From assembly GCA_964016885.1 (NCBI GenBank), contig OZ024748.1:10726001-10790000 (forward strand): a stretch of 64,000 nt of DNA, in the 5' to 3' direction. The notes below the pieces were generated by a model, which saw nothing but the letters and a program-made list of their open reading frames with translations, had not been told where the DNA came from and did not search any database. A program made the position numbers and the translations under genes. Positions within the stretch are counted from its first letter, which is position 1; every line of letters starts with the position of its first letter. The DNA is from Eledone cirrhosa. Taxonomy: Eukaryota. Of this stretch, positions 57,818 to 64,000 are shown piece after piece.

Positions 57818-58128
57818 TATATTGTTATACTTTGGGAGGGTGACACTGCCAATAAAAACACACACACCTGTTGGTTTTCACTTCAATTTATTATAAGTTT
57901 CTGGTTGGTCGCTTGGTTGGTTTGATAACTGGATAGTTACACAAAAGCTTTGACAATATATAAACAACCATCCAGTTATTGAAGCAACCAATTGTAAATT
58001 TATAATAAATTGAAGTGAAAAGCAACAGGTGGAGTATGTGTTTTTATTGGCAACATGACCCTCCCAAAGTATAACAACATCTGTTTCAACACACGTTTTC
58101 AGATAAGAAATCTTGCAAAACAAATTAA
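57818..58128. mobile_element. Family C fold-back element, copy 2
   Basis: Inverted arms ttgttatactttgggaggg...ttcacttcaatttattataa / ttataataaattgaagtgaa...ccctcccaaagtataacaa plus a one-sided extension; homologous to 22760-23101. Confidence 0.65.
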
Positions 58129-58439
58129 AAAAAGAGGTTATAAATATATATGTATAAGCATATATAAACACATACAAATATAACAACACACACGCACATA
58201 GATAACTGTATCCATATATTCAGACATCTACATATAGTAACACTGGAATGGAAAAGTCAGAAAATTTAGAATCGGTAAAACAGAATTTGATAAAATAGAA
58301 TTTGGTTAACAACAATATTATTTTAAAATTCCATGTAACATTTTAGAAAAAAATAGACAAAACTAGACAAAAACCCACACAAAAAGATAACAGAAAAAAT
58401 TCCGAAAATACACAAAACAACAAAAACCTCAAGAACAAC

Positions 58440-58915
58440 AATAATAATACAACAACAAGAAGAAACATAACAACCATGATACAATAACAACCATGATACA
58501 ACAACAAGAAGAAGAAACATAACAACCATGATACAACAACAAGAAACATAACAACCATGATACAACAATAACAAGAAACATAACAACCATGATACAACAA
58601 CAAGAAACATAACAACCATGATACAACAATAACAAGAAACATAACAACCATGATACAACAATAACAAGAAACATAACCATGATACAACAACAAGAAACAT
58701 AACAACCATGATACAACAATAACAAGAAACATAACAACCATGATACAACAATAACAAGAAACATAACCTTGATACAACAACAACAAGAAACATAACAACA
58801 ACAAGAACATAACCTTCATACAACAAGAACCATAATACAAACAACAAAATGAACAACTATAACATGAACCATAACAACAACAACCATAACATGAACCATA
58901 ACAACAACAACAATA
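58440..58915. repeat. 29-32-bp minisatellite (aacaaccatgatacaacaa(t)aacaagaaacat)
   Basis: Direct tandem periodicity. Confidence 0.9.
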
Positions 58916-59232
58916 ATATTCATAACAACAAATACAGGAAGAAGAGAAAATTCTATGAAAATCAAAACGGCTACTGAGAATAATATTGCAAAGATATATA
59001 TATTGAAATATTGAAGAATACGCAGTGAATCAGGTGACTGTGTCGTTGGATAGTTGCACAAAGATGCACACTTGATGTGGTCTTGAAGGGGTGAGTGTGA
59101 CACATATAGGAATTGGAAGGGAGTGGGGCTGACTAGAGGGCTGAGAGGGTGCCGGTGGTGGTGGTGGTGGGGTGCTGACTGTTCAAGACAAAGAAAGAAA
59201 TATATATATATATATACACATGTATATATGAT

Positions 59233-59272
<40 letters not shown>

Positions 59273-59414
59273 AACTGTGCTCTAATAATAATAAATATAC
59301 TAAGAAGAGACATGAAATGTAATACCAATGGGCTGCACTAAATATGGCACAGATATGATATAAATGGTTTGAACAGAACTTTGATTCATGTGATTTCTGT
59401 ATATATGTGATTTC

Positions 59415-59464
59415 TTATATATATATATACATACATACATATATATTTACACACATATATATAA

Positions 59465-59541
<77 letters not shown>

Positions 59542-59582
59542 TATATATATACACACACATATATATATATATATATACACAC

Positions 59583-59613
<31 letters not shown>

Positions 59614-59632
59614 TATATATATATACACACAC

Positions 59633-59663
<31 letters not shown>

Positions 59664-59674
59664 TATATATATAT

Positions 59675-59705
<31 letters not shown>

Positions 59706-59884
59706 CACACACATATATATATATACACACATATATATATATATATATACACACATATATATATATACACACACATATATATATATACACACACATATAT
59801 ATATATATACACACACATATATATATATATATACACATACACACATATACATACATATATACACACACACATATATATACATAT

Positions 59885-59931
<47 letters not shown>

Positions 59932-60039
59932 TATATATATACACACACACACATATATATATATATACACACACATACATATATATATACACACACATAC
60001 ATACATGTATATATATATATACACACACATACATACATG

Positions 60040-60073
<34 letters not shown>

Positions 60074-60097
60074 TGTATATATATATATATATATACA
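59415..60097. repeat. Compound (AC)n(AT)n microsatellite
   Basis: Alternating AC/AT tracts. Confidence 0.9.
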
Positions 60098-60253
60098 GAC
60101 ATAATAAGTTGACGGACCTACCATAGGTATCAATGCCAGGATTGGTTGCATCTCAGCGTACTCAATAGGTAATGTAAAGTACACTCCCAGAGTTTACACA
60201 TAGTTATTCGCTTCAATACAACACACGTAAACGGGTGCCTACAGTAGTTCCCA

Positions 60254-60285
<32 letters not shown>

Positions 60286-60294
<9 letters not shown>

Positions 60295-60714
60295 CAAATG
60301 GAAACTATATTTATAAAACCATATTTATTTCATTATACATATTTCAAGGGCCACCAAGGCAAATTATAGTGCGCTTTCATCAGATAAAATACAATACAGA
60401 TTAGTCTTATAAATAAATATTGACATACCCTGAAAAAAGACAACCTTAACGGTTGGAGCTTCCTGGTTGTCTTTTTTCAGGGTATGTCAATATTTATTTA
60501 TAAGACTAATCTGTATTGTATTTTATCTGATGAAAGCGCACCATAATTTGCCTTGGTGGCCCTTGAAATATGTATAATAAAATAAATATGGTTTTATAAA
60601 TATAGTTTCCATTTGTTAATATATTGTATATTTACTCCACTAAACTGTTGAGTGCTTTATATCAGTTATAAAATTTTTAAGCTTGTTGAATCTCAACAAA
60701 TTAAATATAACCTC

Positions 60715-60718
<4 letters not shown>
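60286..60718. mobile_element. Family B fold-back element: ~160-bp near-perfect arms with hammerhead-like cores on both strands
   Basis: Arms 60286-60445 / 60465-60624; CTGATGA-aagcgcacc...tggtggccctt-GAAA on + (60527-60569) and its mirror on -; extension to 60718 with tgttgagtgcttt; (TA)n both sides. Confidence 0.75.
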
Positions 60719-60749
<31 letters not shown>

Positions 60750-60765
60750 TCATTCATCATTTCAT

Positions 60766-61094
60766 CATTTCATTTTACGTCCGCTTTTCCCTGCTTGCAA
60801 GGGTGGGACGGTAACTGATTCTGGCTTGATTTCTACAGCTGGATGCCCTTCCTAACACCAACCTCATTTACAGTGAGTGCTGGGTGCTTTTTTGCCGTGG
60901 CACCTCCACGACCACTTTGCAGTGGAATGATAGGGACCCCAGTCCCTATCATCTCATTTCTACAGCTGAGTAAACTGGAGCAATGTGAAATAAAGTGTCT
61001 TGCTCAAGGAAACAACACATCACCCGGTCTGAGAATTGAACTCACAACCTGTCAATTGCAAGGGTAATGCTCTAACCACTAAGCCATGTGCCTC
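60766..61094 (-). mobile_element. Full-length tRNA-SINE with RTE-like tail
   Basis: A box TGGCTTAGTGG, B box GAGTTCAATTC, internal hairpin atgatagggac-ccca-gtccctatcat on +, (atgaa)n tail. Confidence 0.88.
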
Positions 61095-61511
61095 CATTGC
61101 AAGGCCAATGCTATATATATATATAGGTATTTGATGCAGGAATTATAATTTGTACTCTAGCATTCATATGCACATTATATACATACATGCAACTCTACAG
61201 ACATCATATACACATTCTATACTTGCGTATACACGTTTGTGTGTGTGAGTGTGAATGTACGTATGTGTGTGTAGGTGTGAGTATGTATGAGATTGTGGGT
61301 GTGATAGTGTACATATGTGTGTGTGTGTGTGTGTGATAGTATATGTATGTGTGTGCATAAGTATAAACCTTTTAAGCGGTTTATTTTCTTCAGCTTTAAA
61401 AATAGAATTTATACACACACACATACACAAATGTGCACATCCAAATGACTGAACATACACACACATTATACACACACACCCACACATATACATATACATA
61501 TATACATATAT

Positions 61512-61582
61512 AAGGTGTCCTCCAAAAACGTATACACTTTCATTATGATGTTGAAGTGTGTATACATTTTTAGGACACCCAT
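61512..61582. mobile_element. Tc1/mariner-type MITE (family of 2893-2990)
   Basis: ggtgtcctccaaaaacgtatacactt...aagtgtgtatacatttttaggacacc. Confidence 0.65.
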
Positions 61583-61908
61583 ATATATACACACACACAT
61601 ATATAAACACAAATACATGTATATATACACATGCATATACTTGCAAGCAGCTACATTAAGAATACTGGAAATAATAATAACTAAATAACAAAAAGAACCA
61701 TAACAACAACAACAACATTTAGAGCAGCAGCAGCAGCAACAACAACAACAACAGGGTGAGCAAGAAGAAGAAGAAGAACAACAAGAACAACAACAACTAC
61801 CACAACAGTACCAAGGAAATTAATAAAGGGAAGGGTGGAGATAGAGAGAAGGGGGTAGTTGTGGTGGTGGTGGAGGTAGTGGTGGTGGAGGCAAGGCTGT
61901 GCTCTTAC

Positions 61909-61992
61909 CGGCTGCAACAAGCGTCTACTTCTATCTCGGACAAACTGACAGAACTGGGCAGTTCCAAGTCCTGACAGATTCATTCCTTTGAT
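61909..61992 (-). CDS. DMXL2: DMXL symmetric 84-nt exon (IKGMNLSGLGTAQFCQFVRDRSRRLLQP)
   Basis: tttctctacag| acceptor, CCG|gtaaga donor, phase 0-0, joins in frame to 53448; gene continues beyond the window end. Confidence 0.7.
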
Positions 61993-62486
61993 CTGTAGAG
62001 AAATTTACCATTTTTTTTTTTTTTTTTTTTTGGAGGTTTTTTTGTTTTTTTAAAAATATATCCAGCCAAGCAGTGGCGATGGCAGCGAAAGAAAGAAAGA
62101 AAGAAAGAAATAAGGAAAGATAGAGAGCGCAGGGTGGGGGAAGATAAAAAAAAAGACAACCATATCAGGTTAGGTCAGACAGGTAAAAATATACAAACAA
62201 CATTTAAAGGTGTTTAGCAAAATAACATGTTAGAAGGGAGGGGATTTTCTCTTTCTTACAGCTCACACCTATGTAGGTTTAGCCAGGGGTTTCTACAGTT
62301 GGTCACCTGTAGCATATTATGTTACTTTTAAGAACAGTTCAATATGGCCCTTTTGTTTTTAAATTTTAGATGCTTACTACTATAAAATCTTAATTTTTAA
62401 AGGTAAAAATTCTATTGAATATATTAAATTTCCAATTCAGTACTTTCTCTCCCCAAAACTGTTTTTCCCATTTTTTCTACTCATTC

Positions 62487-62525
62487 TATCATCTGATGAA
62501 GGACTAATGTCCGAAACATTGAGAC
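62487..62525 (+). ncRNA. Second copy of minimal hammerhead motif (degenerate stems I/III)
   Basis: ctcattctat..tCTGATGA-A-GGAC-taat-GTCC-GAAAc, homologous to 53198-53236 with stem II conserved and its loop changed. Confidence 0.5.
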
Positions 62526-62798
62526 TTTTTCCCTACTATATCAAGTGCTAAACTAATAATATAAATCTTCATTGCTTTGTATTGTTTGCCTGTGTTGTTT
62601 ATCTGTTTACCTTTGGCACCTATATGTGTGTCTGTATATATATATATATAAAGCTTTCTTACGCTAAGGGGCTTTGGGGGCTTAAACCCTTCCAATAATT
62701 TGTTTCAATATAATTGTGGTTTGGTTTTTACTACACTTATTTTCTACTGACTCTAAATCTCCCAACCCCCAAACTATAACAGAAGCTCTGTTTGTTTG

Positions 62799-62882
<84 letters not shown>

Positions 62883-62949
62883 ATAGTAATAATAATTATG
62901 AAGACCAAAATCCAAAGAGGGCTTGATGAGTATTATATATATAAAATAA

Positions 62950-63265
62950 GTTTTGTTCCAAACAACATCTCAACATACCAATATATATGTCTTTAGTTAT
63001 GTTCCAAACATCATCTTAATATATCAATATATATGTCTTTAGTTATGTTCCAAACATCATCTTAATATACCAATATATATGTCTTTAGTTATGTTCCAAA
63101 CATCATCTTAATATACCAATATATATGTCTTTAGTTATGTTCCAAACATCATCTTAATATACCAATATATATGTCTTTAGTTATGTTACAAACAACATCT
63201 CAATATACCAATATATATGTCTTTTGTTATGTTACAAACATCATCTTAATATACCAATATATATT
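62950..63265. repeat. 46-bp minisatellite, about 7 copies
   Basis: gttccaaaca at 63001, 63047, 63093 and onward. Confidence 0.9.
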
Positions 63266-63526
63266 TGTCGTTTGTTAAGCTATGTTCTTTATATATGAAT
63301 GAACGGAAAAGCTATTTTCCTAAATCCCCTTCCATATTGTTGATTACTTTCACAATTAATTGACTGAAACACATTGCCAGTCTATATTTCCAGAGAAATA
63401 TAGACTGGCAATAAAAGAAGAGGTTAAAATACACAACCACATCACAAAACTGCCAGAATACTTATTAAAAACCAACAAGAAGCCATTGAAATCCAATTAA
63501 AAGAAAGCCACATTGGTATGGTGAGG

Positions 63527-63744
63527 TTAACCCATTAGCATTTAAACCAGCCTTATCCAGCCAGAATTTCTCTCACCTCTTTTTGTTCAAACCGGCTGTA
63601 TCTGGCCACTCATACTGACATTAAGGTATTGTTCCCAAAATAAATATCAAAATCTCATAGATTCGATATTATGTGAGTTAATTATGTGAGGTAAACCCTT
63701 TACTGTGAAAATAGAATAGTGTAATGTAAATGTTAAAGGGTTAA
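63527..63744. mobile_element. piggyBac-like MITE
   Basis: ttaacccattagcat...atgttaaagggttaa; homologous to 32409-32628. Confidence 0.75.
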
Positions 63745-64000
63745 GGTGAGTAGCCTAGAGGTTAGGGTGTTAGACTAATGATTGTGAGGTCGTGGGTTTG
63801 ATTCTTAGACTGGAGGGAATCTTTGTGTTCTTGAGCAAGATGCTTCATTTCACAATGCTGGCATTGAAACACCTGAGAAACCTCCTATGGGATAAACCTC
63901 ATAGAAGGCCAGATAAACCAGCATAGACATGAACTAATCATACAAATGTATGTATATGATAGGACTGGGTACCCCTGTCATTAATAGACTGGAGAAACCT

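Noticed and set aside
59022-59085. Possible mutually exclusive alternative to DMXL exon 53388-53448 (TTSSVHLCATIQRHSHLIH)
   Set aside because: Weak acceptor, no convincing donor in the needed phase, negligible peptide similarity.
61020-61094. tRNA-like sequence (also 24940-25014 and 63745-63810)
   Set aside because: A/B boxes belong to SINE heads continuous with SINE bodies; no intact cloverleaf.

Overview
AT-rich, microsatellite-dense metazoan DNA. The SINE, LINE and MITE content points to an octopus/coleoid cephalopod (inference). The right half carries the 3' end of a minus-strand DMXL1/2 (rabconnectin-3 alpha) gene: eight exons from 61992 to 45293 that splice into one open WD40 frame, including a clear U12-type minor intron (46699-48408) and an 84-nt symmetric exon. 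The left half holds a tentative minus-strand orphan gene (exons at 27662-27693, 20510-20594, 5206-5294, possibly 1702-1810) whose start codon lies inside a perfect RFX X-box, and whose intron contains a ~14 kb ACA(AT)n satellite with a 200-N gap. The rest is transposon debris: RTE LINE fragments and a partner tRNA-SINE, CRE-like and Penelope-like fragments, and hAT, Tc1/mariner and piggyBac-like MITEs. The most unusual signal is a set of short (TA)n-embedded fold-back elements of several families that share a GTACTCAA(T/C)A-like motif; some carry minimal hammerhead-ribozyme cores, consistent with non-autonomous Penelope-like retroelements. The very long Y/I/C ORFs are microsatellite artefacts.
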